Below are positions 13,807 to 26,200 of a DNA stretch of 64,000 bases, in pieces. The translations under genes were made by a program, and so were the position numbers. The first letter of the stretch is position 1; each line of letters begins with the position of its first letter. The notes under the pieces are model-generated. The model was not told the DNA's origin. It was given only the letters and a program-made list of their open reading frames with translations, and searched no databases. Source of the stretch: the human T2T-CHM13v2.0 reference genome, Homo sapiens; NCBI RefSeq assembly GCF_009914755.1, contig NC_060925.1. One strand, written 5' to 3'.

Positions 13807-15689
13807 CTAAACAATTTATGGTTGTTGTTGTTTTTTAATGAGTTCATGGAAAGTTGATTTCTTCTGTCCATCAATCTTAAAAAGAGTTCTCCTCTTACTG
13901 GAAACCTGTGCTGTGAGATGAATTTGAAAGGAGCAGACTCCTGTGACTAGCTCTGCTTCTTTCATTGTTTTCCATCTTGAAAAGCATGTGAAACTGCTGA
14001 GTGAGGAAATAATATTTTCTTAAAATGTCATAGCTCATGCCTTTCCATCTTTGAATGGAAAATCTGACCATCAAGGCCTCACTGCTCGGTGCTTTCCACC
14101 TGCAAAAGCAATTGGAATCTAGGCTGTAGGCTGAAGAAATAAGCAGTGTGTCCCCTCCAGAGAGTGCGGGAGCCCATACATCTTTGGGAGGCCAGAGCAG
14201 TCAGCTCACTGGGAACAGTCCAGAAATTCCGACCTCCCAGGGCACTGCAATGCCACTGTAATTTAGCGTGCTCTAACTCACCTCTTTCGCCTTCAGTTCT
14301 GAGAAGCTCAGGAGCCTAGTTCCCATTATGGTGTCAACACAATGGCTGGGACTTAGAAAGACTTAAAAGGAGAAAAGAGGTCACAGCTCTTCCTGCCAAG
14401 CATAAAACAGAGGCCCATTTGTGCAGCCCCTCTTTGGTCATCCTGCCTCTGTTCTGAAATAATCAACTTCATGAAAAGAGTGGGCAAGAGCCCCAGATTG
14501 TAGCTCCCATCCACCCCGCCCCCAGCCCCACATCTCATAGCTCTTCTTTCATCTCGGCAACAATTACCATCTGAGAAAGGGCTCCAATTTACCTCCTTTA
14601 GAATAAAACCGCCTTCAAGAAAAACCACCCAAATACTCCTCAGAAACAAGAGCTCTGATGGGCATGGTAGCATTTCCTCCCTGATGGGAAGGGGCAGTCT
14701 TGGGTCTGTCCATCACTCAGATGAATGAATACTGTCGCTAAGCAACCATCTCTAACCCCAGTCTAGAGCCAGCAAGAAGAGAAAGAATGAGGCCACTTAT
14801 TTCCCAGTCTCTGCTCATTACTGGCTCATGGCTTTGTCTGGAAAGACTATGAATACACAAAAGTGTCCTCAGGCTTACACTAATGGTAATAGTATATTTC
14901 AAGACAGAGTGACAGAGAGCAACAGTGGCCTTAAAGCAGGTTGAAGTCACTTCCTGAAGTTCTAGTGAGTTGTCCAAGGCAGCAGATTGGTAGCAGGGAC
15001 CCAGTAGATAGAGTGGAGTTGTATATATGCTATTTCATTTGAGTCTCACAAGCACCCTGGAAAGTGTTAGCTGTTTTACGTTTGAGAGACTGAAGTTTGA
15101 AGACAGGTGAAGTGACTGGGCCAAGGTTACACAGAAAATGAGCAGCTGAGTCAGGCCTGGGTTCTGGGTCTGTCTAATTTAAAGCACTTGCCCTTTCCTC
15201 CACACACACTGCAGCCTCCAGACTTCTGGGAAGGAAGTGCGGGAGCCAGCCAGGCAGGTGCTGGTGTTTATTAACAACTAAATATTTGCCAATTTAAAAA
15301 TCCTATTGGGTTCCTCTCCAGCTGATCATGATTGGATTTCTTTCTGGCCACAGCAGCTTACTAAATGTTTATCCACACTGTTATGCTCATCAAGTATTTC
15401 GGGAACATGCCGAGGCTTCCTGGCTTCAGGAAAGGGGATGGAGTCAAGTCTTCATGGTGGACACTGCTGTGTCTGGAGTGCAGCCAAAGTATGGCGGGGT
15501 GAGGAAGGAATTGTGTTCTTTTACTCGCCCCTCAGGATGCCATTCTTCGCCCACCAGGCGACGGTAGTCCATATGCACCTTAGCTCAAATTTACTTCTGC
15601 CTTTTCCTGCCTGGAAAGCTCTTCTCATCCTCTAAGATGCTTCCCAGTAGAGCCTTCATGAGTCTTCCCAGCAGCTGATTGCTCCTCCT

Positions 15690-16097
15690 CCTTCCCTAGG
15701 GCGATTCGCCTGGCAGGTGGGCCCTGCACTGCACTTCCCGAATCCTCCTTCATTGCAGAACTTGTTGCCCCCGTTGCTAGAAGTGCTGTTGGTAGATGAC
15801 CTTTGGCTGTCAGCTCCTCAAGGATGCCCGCAGCTGCCCATGTCAGGCCCCTGTCTGGTGGCCCACATCCAGTGATGAATCAGTGTAGCATGTGAAGGCT
15901 ATCTCTATCTAACCCAGCACAACTCTGAAGGGACAGAGCTCCCTGTGGGGTCGCCTTCATCAAGCCTGTATCACAGCTTAGCATTTCTGCCCACGCTGCT
16001 TCCTCCTTCTTCGTTCCACAGGTGTTGAACCCAAGGGCAGTCTGGATGCCCAACTCTGTCTCAGAGACAGTTTTCTGGGGAGCCCAATGTGCTACAT
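15690..16097 (+). mobile_element. ERVL LTR (LTR33-like)
   Basis: 3' end CTCAGAGACAGTTTTCTGGGGAGCCCAATGTGCTACA resembles the LTR33 terminus. Confidence 0.6.
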
Positions 16098-16158
16098 TCT
16101 CCTTCAGGCCTTCTCTGTACACAACTGTCTGGCCCATTAGATTGCGAGCAACTTAGTG

Positions 16159-16488
16159 CAGGGGTCCGGTCCGTGGCCTGTTAGGAACTGGGACACACAG
16201 CGGGGGGGTGAGTGGCGGGCAAGACAGCAAGCATTACCACCTGAGCTCCGCCTCCTGTCAAATCAACAGCGGCAGTAGATTCTCACAGAAGCGAACCCTA
16301 CTGTGAACTGCGCATGCGAGGGATCTGGGTTGTGCGCTCCTTGTGAGAATCTCACGCGTGATGATCTGAGGTGGAACAGTTTTCATCCCGAAACATCCCC
16401 CCATCCCACCTTGCTATCTGTGAAAAAATTTGGAAAATTGTCTTTCACAAAACCAGTCCCTGGTGCCAAAAAAGGTTGGGGACCACTG
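16159..16488 (+). mobile_element. MER1B hAT-Charlie DNA transposon
   Basis: CAGGGGTCC...GGTTGGGGACCACTG termini; 8-bp TSD-like flanks ACTTAGTG / CCTTAGAG. Confidence 0.85.
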
Positions 16489-17390
16489 CCTTAGAGGCAA
16501 AAGCTGTACCTTATTTATTTCCAGACCTACAGTGCCTAACCCAGCCTGGCCAGCAGGTGCTTGGTAGATGTCTATTGAATGAATAAACAGAGTCACTTAA
16601 AATGATGAGAGAGACTGAAAGACTCTCTTGTGGACGGACATCTCAGTTAGAGTCTTTTTTCCACTTTGAAAATACTGCCTTCCCAGAAGAGTATGCAAGC
16701 AACTCTATTATCTAAACTGGGAGGGGCATGGACTCCTTCCTCCTTTCCCAAACTCTGTCCTGCTGGACTAAAAACTAGGCTTGGGGTGTGGTCCTTCAGG
16801 ATTATTGAAATACAGTGAGGAGCCAGGTCCAGGAGCTGTGTCTGCAGTGCAGTCAATGTATGGCCAGAGGCTGGTCATTCCCAAATAGCAGCCCTGTGCT
16901 CTGCACCTCCTTCCGTGGGTAGATTGTTTTCTCCCAGTTTATTTCTGTTTTATTTTAACCTAACATTTAGAAGATACTCTGTTTCAGGTGAGATAAACAT
17001 GTTGCTCGCACCTGTCCAGATGCCCTGTCCAAATGAGCCCCAGGGGCTACCTGGTGGTGGCAGTCATAGTGGCAGCCCAGATGGAAGCGTTTCATGTAGA
17101 ACAGAGGCAATGAGACAGCTACAAGCCAAGGCATTTGGGAAGAACAGTGATTCCTTTTATGACCCTTCCCTGAATGCAATTCAGAGGCATAGGGTTCCTC
17201 TCTCCAAGGAAACGATGGATTTATCCCCGACAGAGAAAGAAGGAATACACAGTCCTCCAAGGGAGGAAACTCTGGTAAGTGCTACAGGAGGGACCTCGGT
17301 GAACACTTTGAAGTTCCCGGGTCATAACCTCAAATGCTCTCAGGACTATTATGTCAGTGACTTCAGGATTATTGGTCCAGGTCTGCTTCT

Positions 17391-17688
<298 letters not shown>

Positions 17689-17901
17689 TGAAGGAGCCTG
17701 GGTGTAGCCTCCAGCGGCCACAGAGGCTCCTTGCCAGACCTCCCTGTGGCTTGGAACAAACTTGGCCCAAAGGAAAAATGGACAAAAGAGGGGCCTCTCC
17801 CTTTGCAGAGGATATACGTCCTCTCCTGACTCAGGCAGGCACATTCCTCCTGTCATCAAGTGGCTCCCTCTGATGTGACACCGGAGACCCTCCTGATTTA
17901 C

Positions 17902-18181
17902 TGCCATGCAGCTGTGTTTGTGCAAGAATCTACATATAAACAAGAGTTGCCAGCATGTTGCACAAGCAAGTCCTAAAGTCATCAACACATGTCTTTATTT
18001 GCAGTCTTCCACCGTGCCTTCATGTTCCTTAATGTTGTGTTTACTATTGGTGATCTCTCCCTGATGTTGGACGAGAACTCTAAGCAGGTTCCAAGATGTT
18101 TTGCTTACTCTTAGGTAAGGGACAATTCCAGGGTGTTTTTAAGCAGCAAATACTGACTTAATTCAGCAATTAGAAAGTCCA
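17902..18181 (-). pseudogene. Pseudo-exon: kinase C-terminal helix plus CARD-like remnant
   Basis: Acceptor CTCTCTTACAG|TG and donor GCA|GTAAAT. The phase-1 join gives DFLIAELSQYLL; later frames give HLGTCL/VLVQHQGEIT...TVEDCK*RHVLMTLGLACA. Confidence 0.45.
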
Positions 18182-18226
18182 CTGTAAGAGAGCAATCAAT
18201 ACTTGGATCCCGATAAGATGTCAAAC

Positions 18227-18260
18227 CCTGCAGAGGGCCTGCAGAGGGCCTGCAGAGGGC
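18227..18260. repeat. 3 x 11-bp tandem repeat CCTGCAGAGGG
   Basis: Direct reading. Confidence 0.95.
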
Positions 18261-18383
18261 TGTTTGCTGGCTGTGGAGGACTGGGTGGTGGTCTGATTGG
18301 CTTCTCCCAAGTGGGGCTGGCCCATGGGGAGGGAAGAGGGGAAAAGTCTCACTTCAGTGGGGATTGTCATTAGCTGGCCTCAC

Positions 18384-19413
18384 CTTTTAGTGCCTCTTGT
18401 CCTCCATCTCTTGGGGCACTTTCATGAGCAATTCTCAGGTTCCCCACCAGGTAGTGCCTTCGGCAGTGCTGTCGGACCCAAGTCAGGGCATCTCTGTTTT
18501 GAAGGGTTGCTGGCATTCCTTCTTCAGTCCCAAGAATTTACCTCCAACTTCTTGCTATGGGGATCTCTCAGCCCCTGCAGGAGGCCCTCAGGACAACATC
18601 CATGATGACCCAAGCCAGGGTGTCTTTCCTTATAGTCCATCGTTACAATACTGCACAGCCCTTGCCCCAACAAACCAGGGGTGCTGGCCGGCCCTGCCAA
18701 GACAGCAATCTGCTGACCCGGCTTCCAAAGCAGCAGGTCGGTCCAGCTCTCAGCCTGTGGGATCCTAGGTGGGAGTCAGGCCTTTCTCCCCAATTATAGG
18801 GGTCATATATGAAGCTCTTTGGGGGCCAAGGAAGCAGGCAACCTTCCTTGCCTCAGGGAATAGAGGGGATGGGCCCATAGCACAGCATTCTCCACATAAA
18901 TCCTCCTCATAGAATCCTCTCTCCTTGCCACCCTCTTGGCACTGTTTTTTTTTTGTTTTGTTTCGTTTTTTTGAGACAGAGTCTCACTTCATCATGCAGG
19001 CTGGAGTGCTGTGGTTTGATCTCAGCTCACTGCAACCTCTGCCTCCTGAGTTCAGGTAATTCTTGTGCCTCAGCCTTCCGAGTAGCTGGGATTACTGGCA
19101 CGTGTGACCATGCCCAGCTAATTTTTGTGTTTTTAGTAGAGATAGGACTTTGCCATGTTGGCCAGGCTGGTCTCAAACTCCTGACCTCAAGTGATCCACC
19201 CCCCTGGCCACCCAAATTGCTGGGATTACAGATGTGAGCCACCACACCAGGCCCTCTTGGCCCTTTTTTATTCTCTAAGTGGTGAGAAGATTTAACAGTT
19301 ATGGAGCAGGTTTTCTGAATTTTCCTTTGAAGCAAACATGGAGATTTGACTTCTTAGTCTGGGATTACAAACATACTGTGTTTTGTGCCTCATGAAAGCT
19401 TCAATTTAATATC
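18384..19413 (-). pseudogene. Pseudo-exon: RIPK-type kinase domain remnant, interrupted by an Alu
   Basis: Acceptor TTTTATGTAACAG|G at 19413, donor AAAG|GTGAGG at 18384, ATG at 19374. Motifs in order: ITVK (19291-19302), LPWP (18823-18834), IA-x-FG remnant (18696-18709), PEGLLQGLRDPHSKKLEVNSW (18530-18592), QQPFK (18498-18512), PDLGPTALPKALP (18449-18487). Confidence 0.6.
18944..19253 (-). mobile_element. Alu (S/J) inserted in the kinase pseudo-exon
   Basis: Alu body; TSD CTCTTGGC(A/C)CT on both sides. Confidence 0.93.
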
Positions 19414-19759
19414 CTGTTACATAAAACTTTCCAAATGCTGATTGTTACATTCCAATAATTTCAAATTATTTAAAACAAAAACCACACATCTCACAGGTAT
19501 GTTTATGCAGTGGCATCAAAATCACTAGAAAGAGGACAGAGTCTCAGACTCAGCCATGAATGAAAGCATTTTTCTGCAACAATTCTTACAAAATTTAAGG
19601 GCCTGAGGAGGGCAGATTCATGAACACACCTCTGCCCTCTGTGGAGAAAGGGGCTGGAAGAGGGTCCTGATGTCAGTTTGGGTGATTGCAGAGGTGGAAG
19701 CAGGGTTAGCAGCAGGGAAATCTTCCTGCTTTCCCAAGTCTTCTGCCCTTCAGCAGAGG

Positions 19760-20010
19760 CAGCAATGTGGTCAAAGGCATGGATTCCAGGGCTGGCCAGA
19801 CCTAGATTTGAATCCCAGCACTGCTGCTGATGAGCTGTGTAATCTTGGGAAAGTACTTCACTCCCTGGAATCTCAGGTTCTGCCTCAGCAAAATGAGGGT
19901 ATTGCTCACCTCACATTGCACAGTCATAGTAATGAGGTAAGATCTTCCGTGTAAAGTGACTGTATGGTCCAGCGTGTGGCAAGCTCTCCATGAGTAACAG
20001 CTGTTGCTAT
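19760..20010 (+). mobile_element. MIR
   Basis: TTTGAATCCCAGC...CTGTGTAATCTTGGGAAAGT...AAAATGAGGG core. Confidence 0.7.
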
Positions 20011-20194
20011 TTCAGCTCCACCAGATGCTGTGTCTTATAGTGAACCAGGAGAGAATTTTGGAGAGAACACGCATGATAAAGCCCCCTGGGAAAAGTCACA
20101 GCAAAATCTCTCAAGCCTGAGCTGGAAAAGAAAAGAGTTAGAAAAAAGGTATTTACTAATCACATCCCAGGTGTCCAGCTGTAACTTTACGAGT

Positions 20195-20495
20195 CTTTTA
20201 TTTATTTATTTATTTTTACTTTTATTTTTTATTGAGATAAGATCTCACTGTGTCACCCAGGCTGGAGTACAGTGGCAGTCTTGGCTCACTGCAGCCTCAA
20301 ATTCCCAGGCTCAGGTGATCCTCCCACCTCAGCATCCTGAGAAGCTGGAACCACAGGTGTGTGCCACCATGCCTGGCTAATTATTGTATTTTTTGTAGAG
20401 TTTTTCCATGTTGTCCAGGCTGGTTTCAAACTCCTAGGCTCAAGCGATTCACCCGCTTTGGCCTCCCAAAGTGCTGGAATTGAGCCACCACACCT
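20195..20495 (-). mobile_element. AluJ
   Basis: (TTTA)n tail and AluJ diagnostics. Confidence 0.88.
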
Positions 20496-20609
20496 GTGTG
20501 TCAAGCTATAATTTTAGGAGTCTTTGTAAAGAGATTTTTCATTTAACGTTTGGAGTAACTCCATGACATTGGAAATTTCATAGAAAGAAATCAGAGCTCA
20601 GGAATGTTT

Positions 20610-21400
20610 CTTTTTGGTTTAGGTTTGGATGCCTATGGCAGAAAAACCTAAAGTAATAATGACTAAAATAGGATAGAACTATATTTCCCTTTCATATGAA
20701 AGAAGTTTGTCAATAGACAATTCAGAGCTTATACAATTTTATGTAGTGGAAGGACATGAGCCCTTTTTGTCTTGTTGCTCTCAGCCTTAGTGTCTACCTT
20801 TTTTTTTTCTTTTTTTGAGACAGGGTCGTGCTCTGTCGCCAGGCTGCAGTGGCACGTGGCACGTGCAGTGGCACGATCTCGGCTCACCACAACCTCCGCC
20901 TGTCAGGTTCAAGTGATTCTCCTGCCTCAGCCTTCCGAGTAGCTAGTACTACAGGCGCACACCACCATGCCTAGTTAATTTTTTTGTATTTTTAGTAGAG
21001 ACGAGATTTCACCATGTTAGTTAGGATGGTCTTGATCTCCTGACCTCATGATCTGCCAGCCTCAGCCTCCCAAAGTGCTGGGATTACAAGTGTGAGCCAC
21101 CGTGCCCGGCCTTTAGCTTCTACTTTATGGTCTGATTCCCGCAATCCCCTCCATGTTCCAGCCAGCAGGCAAGAAGAAGGAACAAAAAAAGAGTGCACTC
21201 GCTTTTTTCAAGAACACCTCCTGAAAGTCGAATACATTGCTTTCACTTATAACTCATCAGCTAAAACTTAGTCACATGGCTAGACCTAGTTGCAAGGGAG
21301 GTTGGGAAATGTAGTGTTTATTGTGGGAGGTCATTTACCCCACTAAAAATCCGGGCTTCTGATACGAAGGAAGTAAAGAATGGCTTTGGGACCAAACAAC
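20610..21400 (-). mobile_element. Old MaLR LTR (MLT1J-like) split by an Alu
   Basis: AACTTAGTCACATGGC...GCAAGGGAGGTTGGGAAATGTAGT MLT1 motif. Confidence 0.6.
20799..21111 (-). mobile_element. AluS (AluSc-like) with internal GTGGCAC micro-duplication
   Basis: Alu body containing GTGGCACGTGGCACGTGCAGTGGCACG. Confidence 0.93.
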
Positions 21401-22394
21401 CAGCAATTTCTGCTTTTGGTGTGAAATAGCGTGCCCAGAGTTTCTCAGTTGTGCCCTGTCTGCAGAAGACACTGCGTACCCCAGAGGCAAGTAGTAAGGA
21501 CAGGGTGGGGGGCCGGAAGGGTGGGAGCTTAGCATAATGTCCACCCTCAAATTTGGGAGGTGGCTGTAGGGTTCCCGGCTGGCTCTCCTGCAATTCCAGT
21601 TACTTTGCCAGGAGCCTGGAGGACTCAGCTAACTGCCTGAATCTTCACTGCCACCTGGCTTTAGCCAGTGGTCACTGGTACTGAAGCCTGTTGCAGCCTG
21701 CAAGCCGGAGCGGAGAGGAAAAATTTCAAAGTCAGTGTTGAAATCATCAGGAGGAGTAAAAAGTAGAGCCATTTTTATTTCTTTCCAGGTCCCTGACCTC
21801 AGTTTCTCTTTGAGAGTGGTGGATTTGTGGTTCAGCTAATATTTAGTGAGCATCTACTTTATGCAAGACCCCAGATAGGCCCGAGGCAATACAGACTTGA
21901 GTGGACAGGGTCCTACTTTCAGGATCATAGATGTGTACACAGATAACTCTACGGCAAGGCCCCGGAAAAGGTAAAGTGAGGTGGGCAATCAGCGTAGGGG
22001 GTTGGGGGAACATTCAGGAAACAGAAGGCATTTGAGCTTGGCTTGGAGGAGCAGTTGGAATAGTGATTAGAGTAACTTGGGGAAATGGTCAAAGGGCACC
22101 CCAAAGAAAGAAAAGAAGAGCAGAAAGGGCCTGAGAAAAAGTAATTAACGTAGAACCATTGGAGTTTATGGAGGCTGTGTGGTGTGTGTGTGTAGTGTGT
22201 ATGTGCATGTTTTTAGAATGGACATGGGCATGGAGATGGGGTGGAATGAGATGAGAGAAAAAACTGGGAAAGTAGTTTGAAGTAGCTCGCAGCAGGCTGT
22301 ACATGCTAGAATAAGAACCCCAGGCTTTATTATGTAGAAAGGAGAAAGTCATCAAAAAATTTTGAAAGGGGGTAACATAATAGGCTTCCCTTTC

Positions 22395-22398
<4 letters not shown>

Positions 22399-22460
<62 letters not shown>
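22399..22460. repeat. (TA)n microsatellite
   Basis: Direct reading. Confidence 0.97.
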
Positions 22461-25400
22461 TTTTTTTAATATAAAGCAGCAGACATTCTCTAAGAGGGCC
22501 AAACACCAACACAAGTCACAATAGAGAGGGCTTATTATCGGCATTTTCAGTTTTCCATTTACAGACATTTTATAGTTAGATGATGACAAATTTCCATGGG
22601 AAAAGCTCAAAGTGTGGAATGAGCATAGTTCTGTTCCCATCTGAATAGGTTGTCACTAGCCAAGGTCACTGGGGAGGAGGCTCTAGAGACTTGTCCAGAT
22701 ACAGCTTCTCTCTCTGTGGGTTAGACTTAGCCTGACTCCCCAGGAGCAGGGCAGCCTCACCTGAATGGTAGCTGAGCAGGGCACTGAGCAGGGAGGGACA
22801 AGAGCTTCCTCTGCCCAAGCCCAGGGCACCTGGAAAGCCAGCCTCCTCTCCTGGAGGAAAGGAGGAGATTGAGAGGGTGACCCGGGGTGGTGGACAACTG
22901 CATCCCTCATGTTCTCTGCCACTTCCACCTACACTGTTGCAGTGTCTGAGAAACTTATCAGAACAAGTTCTCCTGTCCATTAAATAGCATTTAATCCTCC
23001 GAGGAGCCTTAAGAATTGGGAATATGCTACATTTTACTCTGGAAAATATGTTTAGTTTTTTGGTACTCACTGAAAACCTGGTGCATGGGAGACTGAAAAA
23101 AATAAAATGATGTTTTATGCACATGAAAGCAGCAAGTTATGTCAGTTACTTCATCTGTTACCAAGGATTTGGGAATTTTAGAGGCTCACTGGGTAAAAGC
23201 AGACTTTATTTTCATTTCCTAGACTGAAACAATATAGGGTTGTGAGAAGTTTAACTGTAATTTTTTTGTCATTGTTTAAAGCTGCAACTTTGAACATTGT
23301 GCTGAAACTTAGATCTGAGAGATCAGCAGATCTATATAGTAGCATCTGATTTGTCAGGGATCATCAGGGGATGAGGCATTTCAGAGAAATAAAATATTCC
23401 AGTATTTAAATCATATCTCTTGAGGGTCTTAATGTTTGTGTTAATCATTTTTTGATGTAAGAGTTTCCCAAATCTCCAGCTAACCCACTGCCTTGTGAAA
23501 CAAGAATGCAGTATCAGATCCCATTTGCCCTGCTGATTTAAGAGCATTTGTATGAAAGCCAGTTATCAGATCATTCTGATGCACTGCCCTCTGAGGCTAC
23601 CAAAACTTGTTGGGTGTTTACCCCTGTCTTCAGCGGACCCATTTGTCATCATCCTATAATTCTGTTAGCCATAAGTACCCCCAGTATATTTTCCTGGGCA
23701 AGAATGTGGTATTTCTGCCTGGTGTTGGCATTAGAGGATCTCCATCCGAGTGACAGTTGGGTTTGTTTAGGCTTGCTTTGATTAGCCTTGCTTGCTTGTA
23801 ATGTGAAGTCCAAAGATCAGAATTCAAGTTCCATTTCTTTCTCTTCTCCTTGTATGATCTTGGACAAGTTATCAGCCCCTCTATACCTGGGTTTGCCCGC
23901 TAACAAAAATGGTCATAATAATACCCAGCCCAGGGCTGAGAATGAAGCTGTATCATAAATACAATGTGTTATACAAATGGTAGTTCATTTCACTACAAAA
24001 TACCTGCTCATGCCCAACTTCACCTTAGGCATATAATTGATCAGGAGTGAGTTGTTGAGAGCACTTCTGAGTTTTAAATAACATGGAGAGGGGCTGTTTA
24101 TTGAAGGGATAACTGTGGCAGATGCAGCAGGAAGGCTCTAAGGGGAAAGCGTCTCCCCTAAATTTCCTATTATGCAACTTAGTGTCCAGAACACTGTGGT
24201 GGTTGAGAATCAGGGTTCAGCAGAATATGCAAATTGCCTTTCCTTTCATCAGGACACAAAGAAAGAAATGAGCCCCCAAAATATCTCTCAGAAGTGACAT
24301 GGGTTTATCATTTCCATTATCCTTGACACTTTTCAGGGGTTAAATGTCTCTGGCTAGGCGCATGTTATTATTTGAGTATTACTAGCCCTTTAAGAGCCTC
24401 GACACTTCTGGAAAGCAGCCCGTGGAGCTGCTTCAGCACCGAGTGGGTCTGAGCTACAAGAGGGTGACCGCTAATCCTAATTCTAACCCCAACCTGAATT
24501 TATGAGGTCCTGCTGGTACGCAGAAGGAGGACTGGAGGGACCAGTCAGGTTGGCCAGCTGGCCCAGTGGTATAGGGAGCCGTTGGATTGGGGTTTGTCAC
24601 ATAAACTGGGACCCTGCCCAAAGCCGAGACGTCGTAAGATTCCCCTGTTTTGCACAACCCTGTGGTAGTAGCCACATCCTTATTGTGTAAACTCAGGTTT
24701 AACCACAGAACAACCAGCTTATGCCTTGTTAGATGAGGAGGAGCTTAACCCACTGAAGAGTACTTTCTTTTAATAAGGAGAGACAACTTCAAAAAAAATT
24801 GTTTTAGGGGCCCCCAAAATTTCAGATGAGGACACTATGAAGATTTTGAGTCTTGCAAGCTGTGTGATTAAAATGATCAAGTGATTAAAATGCTGTTTTA
24901 ATGCTATTATAAAATGGTATTTTAGTTTGGACACATCCTTAGAAAGACTCCTTCCGCAGAAAAACTGACGCAGCAATTTGTAGAGGGAACTCACAGGTGT
25001 TCCATGAACTGAATCACTACATGGGGGATTTTTAAAAGCTGGATTGGGGGAGCAGTGGATGGTAGAATGAATCCTTTATCTTGAAGATATAGCAAAAGTA
25101 AATACAAATTATACAGCCTGTAAGATTAATGCTTTTGAATCATAAAAAATAAACACAAAATTCTTGTGGCTTAGTTGCATAAAGATAAGCAATTCAAAGT
25201 CCATATCTTTAATGATAGCCTTTTTTCTGTCGTAAGTAAAGACTGCATCAAGGAATTAATGCAAACACATTTCTGCCTACCATCCTTATATTTCTCCTTT
25301 CTTGCTAAAATTACCTACTTCACAGGATGTGAGAATTAAATGAGATATGTGTCACTTTGTTTAGCACCAAAGAAACACTAAATAAGTATTGTCAAGTTGA

Positions 25401-25529
25401 AATCTGAATAATGCTTTTCTTCTTCTCCCTGTCTTCCTTCTCCTTTCCCCATCCTCACCTGCTTTCTTGGTGCTTACTGAGAACTGACTGTGTCCCCTGG
25501 ACTGGGGCAGAGGTGGCCCTGCTCTCCAG

Positions 25530-26200
25530 GAGCTTTGCTTATTCACTTACTCAACCAGTATTTATTGAACTCCAACTTGTACCAGGCTGTCTTCCAGCCC
25601 TGGAGACTCAGTGTTGAGGATGAAAAAGTCCCTGTTTACATCCAAGGGTTAATACACCAATACATTAATCAATCCATAGTATAACCTTGAGTACTATTAA
25701 GCGCTACAAAGAAAGACAAAGAAGGCTAAAGGGATGGAGAATGGTGGAAGTGAGTTGGAGGCTATTTTACATGGATACATCAAGAAAGCCTCTCTGGAGA
25801 AAGTGGCATTTGGGCAGAGTCCTGAATGAGGTGAGGAGGTGGCCCATGAGAGGATCCAGGCAGAGGATGAGGCAGGGGCACAGGAAACAGCATGTGCAAA
25901 GGCCCTGAGGTGAGCACAAGCTTGGCATGGTCTCAGGAAAACAAAAAGATCAGAAGGGTATGGTCTCAGGAAAACAAAAATATAGTGAGCTGGGAGAAGG
26001 TTGTCACACAGGAGCCTGGAGGCATGGGGTGAGGAGAAGATCACATAGGGCCTCATGGGGCATGCTATGAAGTTTGTTCAGATTGTATTCCAGGATTGAT
26101 GGGAAGCTATTGGAGAGTTTTGAGTCCTTATATTGTTTATGTGCTTTAAAAGGATCACTTTAGCCACTGGAGAATACAGAAGAGCAAGAGCAGAGGCCCC
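25530..26200 (-). mobile_element. L2 fragment
   Basis: ATTCACTTACTCAACCAGTATTTATTGA L2 3' end; GGAAACAGCATGTGCAAAGGCCCTGAGG motif. Confidence 0.75.

Noticed and set aside
22089-22640. 183-aa ORF with an IY repeat
   Set aside because: Artefact of the (TA)n microsatellite and L2 sequence.
25927-25980. 21-bp direct repeat ATGGTCTCAGGAAAACAAAAA
   Set aside because: Small duplication inside a dead L2 element.
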